A stretch of DNA of 42,027 nucleotides from Clostridia bacterium (GTDB lineage Bacteria; Bacillota; Clostridia; Oscillospirales; CAG-272), in contig JAFYPJ010000106.1 of NCBI GenBank assembly GCA_017547545.1, positions 1-42,027 on the forward strand, in the 5' to 3' direction. Both the position numbers and the translations under genes were made by a program. Of the stretch, positions 1-9,804 are shown piece after piece. Position 1 is the first letter of the stretch. Every line of letters starts with the position of its first letter. Under the pieces are notes generated by a model. The model did no database searches and had not been told where the DNA came from. It saw only the letters and a program-made list of their open reading frames with translations.

Positions 1-2
1 AA

Positions 3-518
3 ATGCTTAGTAAATATTTTGTTCCTGATGTTTTTTTTGATAATATTTATCAGATTACCCCCCAATATTTAAAAAATGAAGGCATAGAAGCCCTTATACT
101 TGATATAGACAACACTCTTGTTACATACAGCGATCCCAAGCCCACAAAGTCTCTTCTTGATTGGTTTGAAAAAATGAAGGAGGCAGGGATATCCATTGCT
201 CTGGTTTCAAACAATCACAAAAAAAGAGTTCGCATTTTTAATGAGGAACTTGGATTTTTTGCCGCAGGAATGGGGAACAAGCCCTTCTGCAAGCATATCC
301 GCCGCGCAATGGCACATATGAATGCCACACCGGACAAAACCGCCCTTGTGGGAGATCAGATACTTACCGATATACTCGCGGGTAAAAGAGCAAAGCTTCG
401 CAGAGCCTACCTTGTTCGCCCGATAAATGACAAAACAGGCCTTTTCACCCGTACAAAAAGAGCTATTGAAAAGCCTTATATTAAAAAGTACGAAAATATC
501 CAAAAAGGAGAAAAATAA
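3..518 (+). CDS. yqeG: YqeG-family HAD IIIA phosphatase
   Basis: HAD motif I ILDIDNTL, VSNN, KP and GDQILTDILAG; size and N-terminal F.PD match YqeG. Start lies at the window edge. Confidence 0.88.
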   Translation: MLSKYFVPDVFFDNIYQITPQYLKNEGIEALILDIDNTLVTYSDPKPTKSLLDWFEKMKEAGISIALVSNNHKKRVRIFNEELGFFAAGMGNKPFCKHIRRAMAHMNATPDKTALVGDQILTDILAGKRAKLRRAYLVRPINDKTGLFTRTKRAIEKPYIKKYENIQKGEK

Positions 519-1375
519 TGGAAAGAGCCCTTTTTGGCCCTGCCGGAAATTGTGACCGTTTCTATGCAGAGGGAAACAAGCACACCCTTGAAGCAATGAA
601 ATGGCTTTTCGAAAACAGAATAGATGCTTACGAATATCAGTGCGGCAACGGTATCCGCACCAAGCTTGAAACCTTTGAAAAATTGGGCAAGGAAGCGAAG
701 AAGTACAATATTTCTCTTTCGCTCCATGCCCCTTATTATATTTCGCTCTCAGGTGTAGAGGAGGATAAGCGTCTTAAAAGCCTTGACTATATAAAGGCAA
801 GTGTTAATGCTGCCAATGCACTTGGTGCAGACCGCGTGGTTATACATACGGGAAGTGCTGCAAAAATTTCAAGAAACGAGGCCCTTGCTTTAGCCAAAGA
901 TACTATGGCGCGTACCCTTGACATGCTTGGAGATACAAAAGTTAAGCTCTGCCTTGAAACAATGGGTAAAAAGAACCAGCTCGGTACTCTTGATGAGGTT
1001 ATAGAGCTTTGCAGTATAGATAAAAGACTTTGTCCCTGTGTAGATTTCGGGCATCTTAATGCAAGAGATGTTGGCGGTATTTTTGTAACAAGCGATGACT
1101 ATCGCAGAGTTTTTGATCTGATAGGAGAAAAATTAGGAGATGAAAAGGCAAAAAATCTCCATTGCCATTTTTCAAAGATTGAGTACACCTCCCAGGGAGA
1201 AAAGAAGCACCTTACCTTTGAGGATAACACCTTCGGTCCCGATTTTGAGCCTCTGTGTGAAGCAATTGCAAAGGAAAAGCTTTGTCCCCGTATAATATGT
1301 GAGTCTGCGGGTACTCAGGCAGACGATGCACTTGACATGAAGGCTTGCTATGAAAACTGTTTGGAGTTACTATGA
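518..1375 (+). CDS. Endonuclease IV-like TIM-barrel protein (AP endonuclease family 2)
   Basis: Zn-ligand motifs HAPYYI, VIHTG, LETMGK, DFGH, HCHF, KKH, CES; SD AAGGAG; start overlaps the yqeG stop (TAATG). Confidence 0.85.
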   Translation: MERALFGPAGNCDRFYAEGNKHTLEAMKWLFENRIDAYEYQCGNGIRTKLETFEKLGKEAKKYNISLSLHAPYYISLSGVEEDKRLKSLDYIKASVNAANALGADRVVIHTGSAAKISRNEALALAKDTMARTLDMLGDTKVKLCLETMGKKNQLGTLDEVIELCSIDKRLCPCVDFGHLNARDVGGIFVTSDDYRRVFDLIGEKLGDEKAKNLHCHFSKIEYTSQGEKKHLTFEDNTFGPDFEPLCEAIAKEKLCPRIICESAGTQADDALDMKACYENCLELL

Positions 1376-2439
1376 ACCGTATTGAAAAATTAAGAAAGAA
1401 ATTCCCCGAAAATACCGATGCTATCCTCGTAACAGACCAAAAAAACATCCGTTATCTCTGCGGATTTGATTATACCGACGGTTGCCTTTTGATCTCACAG
1501 AGCAAAGCAATTCTGTTTTGTGATTTCAGATATATAGAGGCTGCAAAAATGAATGCCGATCCTGATTTTGAGATAGTTATGTTCAGCGGCAAGAGAAGCG
1601 ATTGGTTAGGCTGTGCAATAAAGGAACAAAGCATTAAAGAATTGGGTTACGAAGACCGTAATCTTACGGTATTTGAATATGAACGATTAAAAAATGACCT
1701 TCCCGAAGTAACACTTTATAAAACAGGTTCGGCAATTATCAACCTTCGCGAATATAAAGATGCCGAAGAAATGGAAAATATCATTTGCGCTCAGAGAATA
1801 GCAGAAAAGGCATTTGATCATATCATTGAATTCATAACACCCGAAAAAACCGAACGCGAAATTGCCCTTGAACTTGATTTTGAAATGAGAAGACTTGGGG
1901 CTGACGGTAGTTCCTTTGAAACCATCGCCGTATCAGGCAGTGCATCTTCTATGCCCCACGGTGTACCGAGAAACTGTAAATTGGAAAAAGGCTTTTTAAC
2001 CATGGATTTCGGTGCAGTATGTAAAGGTTACTGTTCGGATATGACAAGAACGGTTTGTATCGGCAGGGCAGACGATGAGATGAAGCGTGTTTACAATACC
2101 GTTCTGGAGGCTCAGTTAAGAGCAATAAATGGAATAAAACACGGTATACTCTGTTGCGATGCCGATGCCCTTGCAAGAGATCATATATATGAAATGGGTT
2201 ATAAAGGCTGCTTTGGTCACAGTCTTGGCCACGGGGTTGGAATGGATATTCACGAAGCTCCTTCCCTTTCTCCCTTGAATAAAGAGAAAAAATTAGACAC
2301 AGGTCATGTGGTTACATGCGAACCCGGTATATATTTAGAGGGTAAATATGGGGTAAGAATTGAGGATATGCTGCTCTTTTACCCCGAAACTGTGGTCAAT
2401 ATCACAAAAAGTTCTAAAGATTTGATAGAAATTTATTAA
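1372..2439 (+). CDS. Xaa-Pro aminopeptidase (M24B, YqhT/PepP-like)
   Basis: MDFGA, YCSDMTRT, HSLGHGVGMDIHE, CEPGIY and GVRIED metal-binding motifs; usual position upstream of efp. Confidence 0.93.
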   Translation: MNRIEKLRKKFPENTDAILVTDQKNIRYLCGFDYTDGCLLISQSKAILFCDFRYIEAAKMNADPDFEIVMFSGKRSDWLGCAIKEQSIKELGYEDRNLTVFEYERLKNDLPEVTLYKTGSAIINLREYKDAEEMENIICAQRIAEKAFDHIIEFITPEKTEREIALELDFEMRRLGADGSSFETIAVSGSASSMPHGVPRNCKLEKGFLTMDFGAVCKGYCSDMTRTVCIGRADDEMKRVYNTVLEAQLRAINGIKHGILCCDADALARDHIYEMGYKGCFGHSLGHGVGMDIHEAPSLSPLNKEKKLDTGHVVTCEPGIYLEGKYGVRIEDMLLFYPETVVNITKSSKDLIEIY

Positions 2440-2445
2440 AAACCC

Positions 2446-2474
2446 TTGAAATATAACGCGTAATAATGTAAAAT
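2446..2474 (+). promoter_or_regulatory. sigma-A promoter of efp
   Basis: TTGAAA (2446-2451), 17 bp spacer, TAAAAT (2469-2474); SD GGAGG upstream of ATG 2515. Confidence 0.65.
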
Positions 2475-2514
2475 AAAGAAAATATGTTTAAAAACAATTT
2501 GGAGGTTATATACT

Positions 2515-3072
2515 ATGGTAACAGCTGGTGATTTCAGAAACGGCTTAACATTTGAAATGGAAGGTAATGTGCTTCAGGTAGTTGAATTCCAGCACGTAAA
2601 ACCCGGTAAGGGTGCGGCTTTCGTTCGTACAAAGTGTAAGAATGTTAAAACAGGTTCAGTTGTAGAGCGTACATTCAGCCCTACAGACAAGTTTGAAAAT
2701 GCTCAGGTAGAGAGAAGAGAGATGCAGTATCTCTACAATGACGGTGATCTTTACTACTTTATGGATATGGAAAGCTATGAGCAGCTCCCTATCGGTAAGG
2801 ACAAGCTTGACGATAATTTCAGATTCGTTAAGGAAGAGATGATGTGTAAGATCGTTTCCTATAAGGGCGATATCTTTGCTGTTGAACCCCCCATGTTCGT
2901 TGAACTTGAAGTAACCGATACAGAACCCGGCTTCAAGGGCGATACAGCTCAAGGTGCAACCAAGCCTGCTACTCTCGAAACAGGCGCAACCATCAAAGTT
3001 CCCTTGTTCATTGATATCGGCAACGTTCTCCGTATCGACACCCGTACAGGTGAATATCTCGAAAGAGCATAA
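2515..3072 (+). CDS. efp: Elongation factor P
   Basis: [23 protein letters not shown] and [12 protein letters not shown] signatures; 185 aa. Confidence 0.98.
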   Translation: MVTAGDFRNGLTFEMEGNVLQVVEFQHVKPGKGAAFVRTKCKNVKTGSVVERTFSPTDKFENAQVERREMQYLYNDGDLYYFMDMESYEQLPIGKDKLDDNFRFVKEEMMCKIVSYKGDIFAVEPPMFVELEVTDTEPGFKGDTAQGATKPATLETGATIKVPLFIDIGNVLRIDTRTGEYLERA

Positions 3073-3184
3073 GCAGAACCAATCTGCGTAAATGCATGGG
3101 TGTAAAGTTTGATTTAATTCTTTCTTTTGCCCCCAAATAATAGCATAGTCTATTATCTAACAGTTATAAAATTCTAAGGAGGTA

Positions 3185-3538
3185 ATGAAAATGAACATTA
3201 CTGAAAAAGCAGCTTATTTAAAGGGACTTGCAGAAGGTATCAATCTTGATCCCGCTAAGCCCGAAACAAAGCTTATCAACGCTCTTATTGATTGTGTAAA
3301 CGAGCTTGCTCTTTATGTTACAGATCTTGAAGAGGATGTTGACACACTTGAAGCTTACATCGAAGAGATCGACGAAGATCTCGGTGATGTTGAAGAATAC
3401 ATCTACGGTCCCGATGATTGCGATTGCGAAGATTGGGAAGATTGGGATTGTGATTGTGACTGTGATTGTGAATGCGACTGTGATTGCGATGACGAATGTG
3501 ATTGTGACTGCGGTTGTGAAGCAGAAGATGCTGAATAA
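3185..3538 (+). CDS. CD1247 N-terminal domain protein with Cys/Asp-rich tail
   Basis: N-terminal EKAAYLKGLAEG and YIEEIDEDLGDVEE resemble the Clostridial family found after efp; SD AAGGAGG (true start may be ATG 3191). Confidence 0.8.
   Translation: MKMNITEKAAYLKGLAEGINLDPAKPETKLINALIDCVNELALYVTDLEEDVDTLEAYIEEIDEDLGDVEEYIYGPDDCDCEDWEDWDCDCDCDCECDCDCDDECDCDCGCEAEDAE
3413..3520 (+). repeat. Degenerate hexamer repeat (GAY/GAA-TGY)n encoding (Asp/Glu-Cys)n
   Basis: gattgtgattgtgactgtgattgtgaatgcgactgtgattgc read directly; third codon positions vary. Confidence 0.85.
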
Positions 3539-3617
3539 TCACTAAAGCAAGTGCCCCTTGGCAAAAGCCGGTTTCAAAGTGTATTTAACACATGAAACAC
3601 AACAATTTCTTCAATAT

Positions 3618-3657
3618 AAAAAGACTATGAACTCAAATTGAGGACATAGTCTTTTTT
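3618..3657 (+). terminator. Intrinsic terminator (possibly bidirectional)
   Basis: AAAAAGACTATG...CATAGTCTTTTTT inverted repeat with A/T tails. Confidence 0.75.
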
Positions 3658-3674
3658 ATATACATTTTTAATTT

Positions 3675-3710
3675 AAAAAGGCCTTCCGAATCGGAAAGCC
3701 TTTTGTTTTT
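3675..3710. terminator. Bidirectional terminator, probably ends the RNase P RNA transcript
   Basis: AAAAAGGCCTTCCGA-A-TCGGAAAGCCTTTT immediately 3' of rnpB on the minus strand. Confidence 0.75.
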
Positions 3711-3717
3711 ATATTAT

Positions 3718-4065
3718 GACTAAGCAATAAGCCGGGTTCTGTCGTGTACGGTCATCTATCTTGTCTTTGCGTTACCGCAAAGCTCTGTGCCACCCATGGG
3801 ATTCTGCCGGACAGACATCAGAATTATCTGCTCCCACAAACGGTGTTGCTTCGGATAGGGTTTACATTTGCACAAAGTTGCCAGTGTGCCGGTGAGCTCT
3901 TACCTCGCCTTTCCATCCTTACCGTAAAAACGGCGGTTTATTTCTGTTGCACTTTCCCTGAGGTTGCCCTCGGCGGACGTTATCCGTTATCCTGTCCTGT
4001 GAAGCCCGGACTTTCCTCACGGTACTACCTTTCGGCATGATACCGCGCGACCGTATAGCTTAGTC
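3718..4065 (-). ncRNA. rnpB: RNase P RNA (bacterial, type A-like)
   Basis: Minus strand contains GAGGAAAGTCCGGGC, AGTGCAACAGAAA, AAGGCGAGGTAAGAGCTCACC, AAACCC and ACAGAACCCGGCTTA; the ends pair as P1 (GACTAAGC / GCTTAGTC). Confidence 0.96.
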
Positions 4066-4070
4066 AATGT

Positions 4071-4099
4071 ATTTTATCATATATGTTCTGTTTTGTCAA
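4071..4099 (-). promoter_or_regulatory. sigma-A promoter of rnpB
   Basis: Minus strand TTGACA (4099-4094), 17 bp spacer, TG-n-TAAAAT (-10 at 4076-4071), placing the start near 4065. Confidence 0.85.
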
Positions 4100-4100
4100 A

Positions 4101-5063
4101 TTACTGCTCATATACATCTACAAGCAGCGCCTGAATACAATATCTGTCTGTTTGTATTCCGTTGGTACATGTTGAAAGAGTTATCATTCGGCTGTTTTCA
4201 TTAAACTCTATACCGTCACGAACATATAACGAATCAGATCTCATTTTATTGGCAAAATTTATAAAATCCTGTTCGGTGGGGAAACCCGTTTCTACATAAC
4301 CGGAACGATAATCGGTTTTATATACCGCAAAGATCCTATAGGTATAAATTCCGTTTTCGGTATACAGATATACATATTCATTGGTATCAAAAAAATCCTT
4401 GTCAAGAAATTTAATGATCTCGCTGAACATCATATTGTTCTGCATATTATGACCGTATAAAACCGTATGGAAATTTCTCAATACATCTCTGTCACAATGA
4501 TAATCCGCATAGATCGAGCCTGCCTGCATATAACCGTGGGTATACTCATGGTTGAGATAGTAAGAATTGTCACTTCCCTGCAATACCGGATAATTGATGT
4601 TTTCCGTTCCGGGAACCATTATCCAACCGTAAATATCGGGGTTTATCTCTTTCAACGAAAGAATCTTTGTTTTCATTCTTACAAACATCTGATTATACAC
4701 AGCCGTACCCGATCCTTTGGGACCGTTAACCGTACCAAAGGAATCAAGCAATGATATCTTGGCGGTTGCACTGACAACGGAGCCTTCTCCGTCATCAAGA
4801 TACGCATACATATCCGAATAAAAGTTTTCCGCCTGCTTATATCCAACAAGAGTTTTAACTATGGATATAACGCTGATAACAGCAACAAGAGCAAAGAAAC
4901 TCATCATGGCATATCTGATGATCTTATGCCTTTTTTCTTCTCTGCGGCTTTGAAGCCATTCTTCCGTTACCTCGCAGATATCATCGTCAGTTACGGTTTT
5001 AAGTAACTCTGCAAAAGAATTGCAGGAGGCAATCTCTGCCGCTGTATTTTCATTATCGGGCAT
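4101..5063 (-). CDS. srtB: Class B sortase
   Basis: N-terminal TM, NPDIYGWI, YPVLQ, LYGHNM, TLSTC and downstream Arg; start moved to ATG 5063 after SD GGGAGG. Confidence 0.9.
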   Translation of the reverse strand: MPDNENTAAEIASCNSFAELLKTVTDDDICEVTEEWLQSRREEKRHKIIRYAMMSFFALVAVISVISIVKTLVGYKQAENFYSDMYAYLDDGEGSVVSATAKISLLDSFGTVNGPKGSGTAVYNQMFVRMKTKILSLKEINPDIYGWIMVPGTENINYPVLQGSDNSYYLNHEYTHGYMQAGSIYADYHCDRDVLRNFHTVLYGHNMQNNMMFSEIIKFLDKDFFDTNEYVYLYTENGIYTYRIFAVYKTDYRSGYVETGFPTEQDFINFANKMRSDSLYVRDGIEFNENSRMITLSTCTNGIQTDRYCIQALLVDVYEQ

Positions 5064-5093
5064 AAAGTTGCCTCCCTTCATTTTAAAATTTTC

Positions 5094-6740
5094 TTACTTG
5101 ATTTCTATTACAGAAGCATCCCACATTTCAGGAGCCTGATAACCGAGAAGATTAACTGTGGTTGCCGCAACATTTGAAAGACCGTAACTTCCGTCCTTTA
5201 CAACTGTATACTTATCTGCATAGAAGTTATCATAGATAATACAGGGAACGGGATTAAGGGTGTGGCTTGTTTTTGCCTTGGGTGTACCGTCCTTGTTAAG
5301 CTTTGCACCCTTTGTTTTCTTATCTATTTCATACATTTCATCTGCATTACCGTGGTCTGCCGTGATAATAGCAACGCCTTCAAGCTTATCAATAACCGCA
5401 AGAAGTCTTGCCAACTGAAGGTCAAGAGCTTCAACACTCACTTCTGTTGCAAGCATGCTGCCTGTATGTCCCACCATATCGCCGTTGGGGTAATTGCAAC
5501 GCAAATACTTGTATTCACCGCTTTCAAGCATTTCAATAAGCTTATCGGTGATCTCGGCACATTTCATCCAAGGTCTCTGCTCAAAAGGAACAACATCGGA
5601 GGGGATCTCGATATATGTTTCAAGCTCCTCGCTGAACTTACCGCTCTTGTTACCGTTCCAGAAGTAGGTAACATGGCCGTATTTCTGGGTTTCGGAAATT
5701 GCCAACTGCTTTATACCTGTATCTGCAAGGTATTCACCCATTGTATTTGTAATTTCGGGAGGATTTACAAGGTAACGGGAAGGAATATGAAGGTCACCGT
5801 CATATTCAAGCATTCCCGCATACATGATCTTGGGGAAACGTACACGGTCAAACTTATCAAAGCTTTCGGATTCAAAAGCAACACTTATTTCAATTGAACG
5901 GTCACCTCGGAAATTAAAGAAAATCACACTGTCATTATCTTCAATAGTACCAACAGGTTTGCCGTTATGCGCAATAACAAAGGGATCAAGATCCTGGTCT
6001 ATTGCACCTGTGTTTGCGCGGATAGCTTCAATAGCCTCATGAGCGGATGCATACTGCGCACCTTCGCCGAGCACATGGGTTTTCCAACCTGCTTCAACCA
6101 TAGACCAGTTAGCTTCATAACGGTCCATTGTAATCTTCATGCGTCCGCCGCCTGAAGCGATCATTACATCAAAGCTTTCATCACGCAATGTATCAAGATA
6201 TGCTTCAAAGGGATCAACATATTCAAGAGCAGAGGTTTCACCAACATCACGGCCGTCAAGAAGAATATGAACTCTCACCTTTCCAACTCCGCATTTCTTT
6301 GCCTTTGCAAGCATAGCCTTTAAATGATCTATATGCGAATGAACATTACCGTCCGAGAAAAGTCCCATGAAGTGGAGAGTGGAATCATTAGTCTTTACAT
6401 TGTCTGTAAGCGCACACCATGTTTCGCTTGTAAACATTTTACCGTTTTCGATAGATTCGGAAACAAGCTTTGCACCCTGGCTGAATACCTGGCCTGAACC
6501 GAGAGCATTATGACCAACCTCGCTGTTACCCATATCCTCATCGGAAGGAAGACCAACCGCAGTACCGTGAGCCTTTAAGCTTACCATAGGGTACTTTTCC
6601 ATAAGCATATCAAGAGTAGGAGTTGTAGCAACCTTGATAGCGTTTCCTGCTTCATTTTCTGTAAGACCTATACCGTCCATAACAATGGTAACAACAGGTC
6701 CCTTAACACCGTCAAATCCGGAAATTTTATTAAGCTTCAT
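5094..6740 (-). CDS. gpmI: 2,3-bisphosphoglycerate-independent phosphoglycerate mutase
   Basis: MDGIG, MGNSEVGH, SDGNVHSH, LDGRD, NGDMVGHTG, TADHGNAD motifs. Confidence 0.97.
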   Translation of the reverse strand: MKLNKISGFDGVKGPVVTIVMDGIGLTENEAGNAIKVATTPTLDMLMEKYPMVSLKAHGTAVGLPSDEDMGNSEVGHNALGSGQVFSQGAKLVSESIENGKMFTSETWCALTDNVKTNDSTLHFMGLFSDGNVHSHIDHLKAMLAKAKKCGVGKVRVHILLDGRDVGETSALEYVDPFEAYLDTLRDESFDVMIASGGGRMKITMDRYEANWSMVEAGWKTHVLGEGAQYASAHEAIEAIRANTGAIDQDLDPFVIAHNGKPVGTIEDNDSVIFFNFRGDRSIEISVAFESESFDKFDRVRFPKIMYAGMLEYDGDLHIPSRYLVNPPEITNTMGEYLADTGIKQLAISETQKYGHVTYFWNGNKSGKFSEELETYIEIPSDVVPFEQRPWMKCAEITDKLIEMLESGEYKYLRCNYPNGDMVGHTGSMLATEVSVEALDLQLARLLAVIDKLEGVAIITADHGNADEMYEIDKKTKGAKLNKDGTPKAKTSHTLNPVPCIIYDNFYADKYTVVKDGSYGLSNVAATTVNLLGYQAPEMWDASVIEIK

Positions 6741-6832
6741 ACATTTTCCTCCGAAAAATCTTTCGTTATTTTGTTTAATGAAATTATTTTACTCCAAAAA
6801 TATGAATAAACAATGATATGATAATAAAATAC

Positions 6833-6861
6833 TTGAAAAAACTTGCCGGAAATGATATAAT
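6833..6861 (+). promoter_or_regulatory. sigma-A promoter of radC
   Basis: TTGAAA, 17 bp spacer, TG-n-TATAAT. Confidence 0.75.
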
Positions 6862-6906
6862 GATATAGATATTCAATCAAATTCTATCTGTCGGAGCTCC
6901 AACACC

Positions 6907-7599
6907 ATGAGCAATAACAATTTACACAACAAACACAGAGAAAGAATGAAAGAACTGTTTACAGAAAACGGTTTAGACTCTTTCAGCGATCATGAGGTTC
7001 TTGAATTTCTTCTGTATTTTTCAATTCCCCGCCATAATACAAACGAAACAGCGCACATGCTTTTAAATCGTTACGGCTCGCTTTCTGCGGTGCTTGATGC
7101 GAAATATTCGGATCTTGTAAAACAACCCGGTGTAGGACCGCATTCTGCCGTGCTTTTCAACTTTATCCCTCAACTTGCAAAAAGATATACCCTGGATAAA
7201 TACAACAAAAAGAGGGCTTTTAAAAGTATAGATGAAATATGTGAATTTGTTATAAATCATTTTATAGACCAAACAAGGGAGCATGTAGAGTTGTTTATGT
7301 TTGATTCTTCAACAAAATTGCTCTGCCACAAAACTCTGCAAAACGGCACACCGAACGCGGCATTTCTTAACATTCAGATCATTGCCGATAATATATACGC
7401 GTATAATGCAACAAATTTTCTTATCGCTCACAACCATCCTTCCGGCTCCCTTGAACCCTCGGATTTTGATCTGTGTGTTACAAGAACAATCCACAATACC
7501 TTCCGTCCCCTGAACAAGCATCTTATAGACCACATAATAGTGGCAGGAGGCGAATACAAGAAATTACTTGAAACAGCGCTTTCTTTAGACAATGCCTGA
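6907..7599 (+). CDS. radC: RadC family (JAB/MPN domain, UPF0758) protein
   Basis: HRERM, DHEVLEFLL..IPR, HhH motif PGVGP, HNHPSG..EPS..D and LIDHII. Confidence 0.93.
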   Translation: MSNNNLHNKHRERMKELFTENGLDSFSDHEVLEFLLYFSIPRHNTNETAHMLLNRYGSLSAVLDAKYSDLVKQPGVGPHSAVLFNFIPQLAKRYTLDKYNKKRAFKSIDEICEFVINHFIDQTREHVELFMFDSSTKLLCHKTLQNGTPNAAFLNIQIIADNIYAYNATNFLIAHNHPSGSLEPSDFDLCVTRTIHNTFRPLNKHLIDHIIVAGGEYKKLLETALSLDNA

Positions 7600-7607
7600 G
7601 TTTTTCG

Positions 7608-7636
7608 TTGACAAATCTATAATAATATAGTAAAAT
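7608..7636 (+). promoter_or_regulatory. sigma-A promoter of the yicC-remA-gmk-rpoZ-priA operon
   Basis: TTGACA, 17 bp spacer, TAAAAT. Confidence 0.75.
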
Positions 7637-7670
7637 ATAATGTAATGCTAAATTCAACGAGGTACAGTTT

Positions 7671-8558
7671 ATGATAAAAAGCATGACCGCCTACGGCAGA
7701 GCAACTGCTCAAACAAGCGGTAAAAATATAACCGTGGATATCAAATCGGTTAACAACAGATTTTTTGATTGCAGTATAAGAATTTCAAGAAGGTATTCTC
7801 ACCTTGAAGAAAAGGTTCGCGCTTATATACAGAAAAATGCCACTTCCAGAGGAAAGGTTGATGTGCATATTTCCGTAGAGCTTCTTGAAAGCGAAGGAAT
7901 CGAAATGCACCTTGATCCTGCATATGCAGAAAGCTATTACAAGGCGCTTTGCGAATTAAGAGACACTTTTTCCTTAAAGGACGATATTTCCACTATGGCA
8001 ATGGCACAAAACCGTGATATTTTCACAGTAGTGCGTCCCGAGGAGGATACCGAAAAGGATTGGAACGAGCTTTCTCCCGTTTTGGATGCCGCTATAGCGG
8101 AATATAACGATATGAGAAGCAAGGAAGGACAGCGGATTTCAGAGGATCTTATGGCTAAAAAGAGCCGCCTTGCAGAATTGGCAAAGCAGATAGAAGCTCT
8201 TAGTGAACAGGGTGTTGAAAAATACCGCACCCGCCTTGAAGCAAAGTTAAGAGCCACTCTTGAAACAATGGCCGTTGAACCGGACGAGCAGCGTATACTT
8301 ACAGAATGCGCAATATTTGCAGACAAGATAGCGATAGATGAAGAATTGGTTCGTCTTGCAAGCCATTTCAAGGCTTTTGACGAAATGCTTTTATCAAACG
8401 AACCCCTTGCGAAAAGAATAGACTTTTTACTTCAGGAAATGAACCGAGAGGTAAACACCACCGGCAGCAAATGCAATGATGCAGAAATTGCCCACCTTGT
8501 TGTTGAAATGAAGGCTATTCTTGAAAAGATAAGAGAACAGATACAGAATATAGAGTAA
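7671..8558 (+). CDS. yicC: YicC/YloC family endoribonuclease
   Basis: MIKSMTAYGR, KSVNNRF, RGKVD, EELVRLASH, DFLLQEMNREVNTTGSK, EKIREQIQNIE. Confidence 0.95.
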   Translation: MIKSMTAYGRATAQTSGKNITVDIKSVNNRFFDCSIRISRRYSHLEEKVRAYIQKNATSRGKVDVHISVELLESEGIEMHLDPAYAESYYKALCELRDTFSLKDDISTMAMAQNRDIFTVVRPEEDTEKDWNELSPVLDAAIAEYNDMRSKEGQRISEDLMAKKSRLAELAKQIEALSEQGVEKYRTRLEAKLRATLETMAVEPDEQRILTECAIFADKIAIDEELVRLASHFKAFDEMLLSNEPLAKRIDFLLQEMNREVNTTGSKCNDAEIAHLVVEMKAILEKIREQIQNIE

Positions 8559-8562
8559 TATT

Positions 8563-8829
8563 ATGAAGCTTATAAATATCGGCTACGGCAATCTCCTGGT
8601 GCGGGAAAGAATAGTATCGGTGGTTTCACCCGATGCCGCACCTATAAAAAGAATGATAATCGACGCAAAGGAAAGCGGCAGGGCAATTGATGCCTCCTGC
8701 GGCAAGAAAACAAAATCGGTAATTATAACAGATAGCGACCATGTTGTTCTTTGTGCCCTTGAAATGGAAAAAATCCTGAACCGTTTCAACAATATAATCA
8801 ATGAAAAAGAAGATGACGAGGAAGACTGA
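8563..8829 (+). CDS. remA: RemA/DUF370 family protein
   Basis: MKLINIGYGN, AAPIKR, IDASCGKKTKSVIITDSDHVVL; conserved position between yloC and gmk. Confidence 0.93.
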   Translation: MKLINIGYGNLLVRERIVSVVSPDAAPIKRMIIDAKESGRAIDASCGKKTKSVIITDSDHVVLCALEMEKILNRFNNIINEKEDDEED

Positions 8830-8830
8830 T

Positions 8831-9442
8831 ATGGAAAACAACAGAGGTATTCTTATAGTTGTTTCAGGACCCGCAGGTTCGGGCAAAGGAACCGTACTGA
8901 ACGCGGTTTTTGAGAAATCAGACAATTTTACCTATTCTGTTTCCGCAACCACCCGTGAGCCGCGTCCCGGAGAAAAAGACGGAGTTCACTATCATTTTAT
9001 AACAAAAGAGCACTTTGAAGAGCTTATTGCAAATGATACCGTGGTGGAACATACTTTTTATTGCGGAAATTATTACGGAACATTGCGTACCGTTATAGAA
9101 AAGGATCTTTGCAACGGTAAGAATGTTATTCTTGAAATAGAGGTTGACGGGGCTATGCAGATAAAAAACAAATTCCCCGAAGCATTGCTCATTCTTGTAG
9201 TACCGCCGAATTACGAGGTTCTCGAAAAAAGACTCAGAGGAAGAGGTACCAATACCGAAGAGGATATCGCAAACCGTCTTGAGCGTTCAAAGGAAGAGCT
9301 TAAATTCTTTAATGAATACGATTATCTTCTGATAAATGAGGATATAGATGAGGTTTCGGACAATATCATTTCAATAATAAAAACACAAAAGCTTTCCACA
9401 AAATACAACAAAGATTTTTATAACAAGTTTTTTAATATATAA
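8831..9442 (+). CDS. gmk: Guanylate kinase
   Basis: P-loop SGPAGSGKGT, SATTREPRPGEKDGVHYHF, NYYGT; start moved to ATG 8831. Confidence 0.96.
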   Translation: MENNRGILIVVSGPAGSGKGTVLNAVFEKSDNFTYSVSATTREPRPGEKDGVHYHFITKEHFEELIANDTVVEHTFYCGNYYGTLRTVIEKDLCNGKNVILEIEVDGAMQIKNKFPEALLILVVPPNYEVLEKRLRGRGTNTEEDIANRLERSKEELKFFNEYDYLLINEDIDEVSDNIISIIKTQKLSTKYNKDFYNKFFNI

Positions 9443-9458
9443 AGAGAGGTAAATAAAA

Positions 9459-9743
9459 ATGATCTATCCCACACCCGAACAGCTTTCAGGCGAAGGAAAA
9501 TACAACAGATATACCCTTGTTATTGCTGCTGCAAAGTGCGCAAGAGCAATAACCAACGAGTATGTTGAACAGCGTGCCGTAGCAGAAAAGCTCCTGGCAA
9601 ACAAGGAAACAGACAAATCCATCGCTTCAATGATCAAAAAAGAGATACGCGACGAAAAGGCTGTTACCACAGCGGTTAACCGTTTAAAGGACGGAACCTA
9701 TGTGATCGCAGAGGACACCGTTCCCGAAAACACAACTATGTAA
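9459..9743 (+). CDS. rpoZ: RNA polymerase omega subunit
   Basis: MIYP, NRYTLVIAAAKCAR, KAVTTAV; directly after gmk. Confidence 0.85.
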   Translation: MIYPTPEQLSGEGKYNRYTLVIAAAKCARAITNEYVEQRAVAEKLLANKETDKSIASMIKKEIRDEKAVTTAVNRLKDGTYVIAEDTVPENTTM

Positions 9744-9804
9744 TCAAGTATTGAATTTCAGCCTGCAAATTCTATAGACACTAAATTCAAACGGAGGTAA
9801 CGGT

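Noticed and set aside
3413-3520. Short repeats as a CRISPR array or phase-variation tract
   Set aside because: In-frame degenerate hexamers with no spacers and no cas genes.
3545-3600. Small hairpins after the Cys-rich gene (GGCAAAAGCC; GGGCACTT on the minus strand) suggesting a c-di-GMP riboswitch
   Set aside because: Only short fragments match, the other conserved elements are absent, and there is no downstream gene to regulate.
3744-4040. 98-aa plus-strand ORF
   Set aside because: It is the antisense of the RNase P RNA and has no SD.
6907-7599. radC as a marker of a mobile element
   Set aside because: It is the full-length chromosomal form with an HhH region among core genes; no integrase or att sites nearby.
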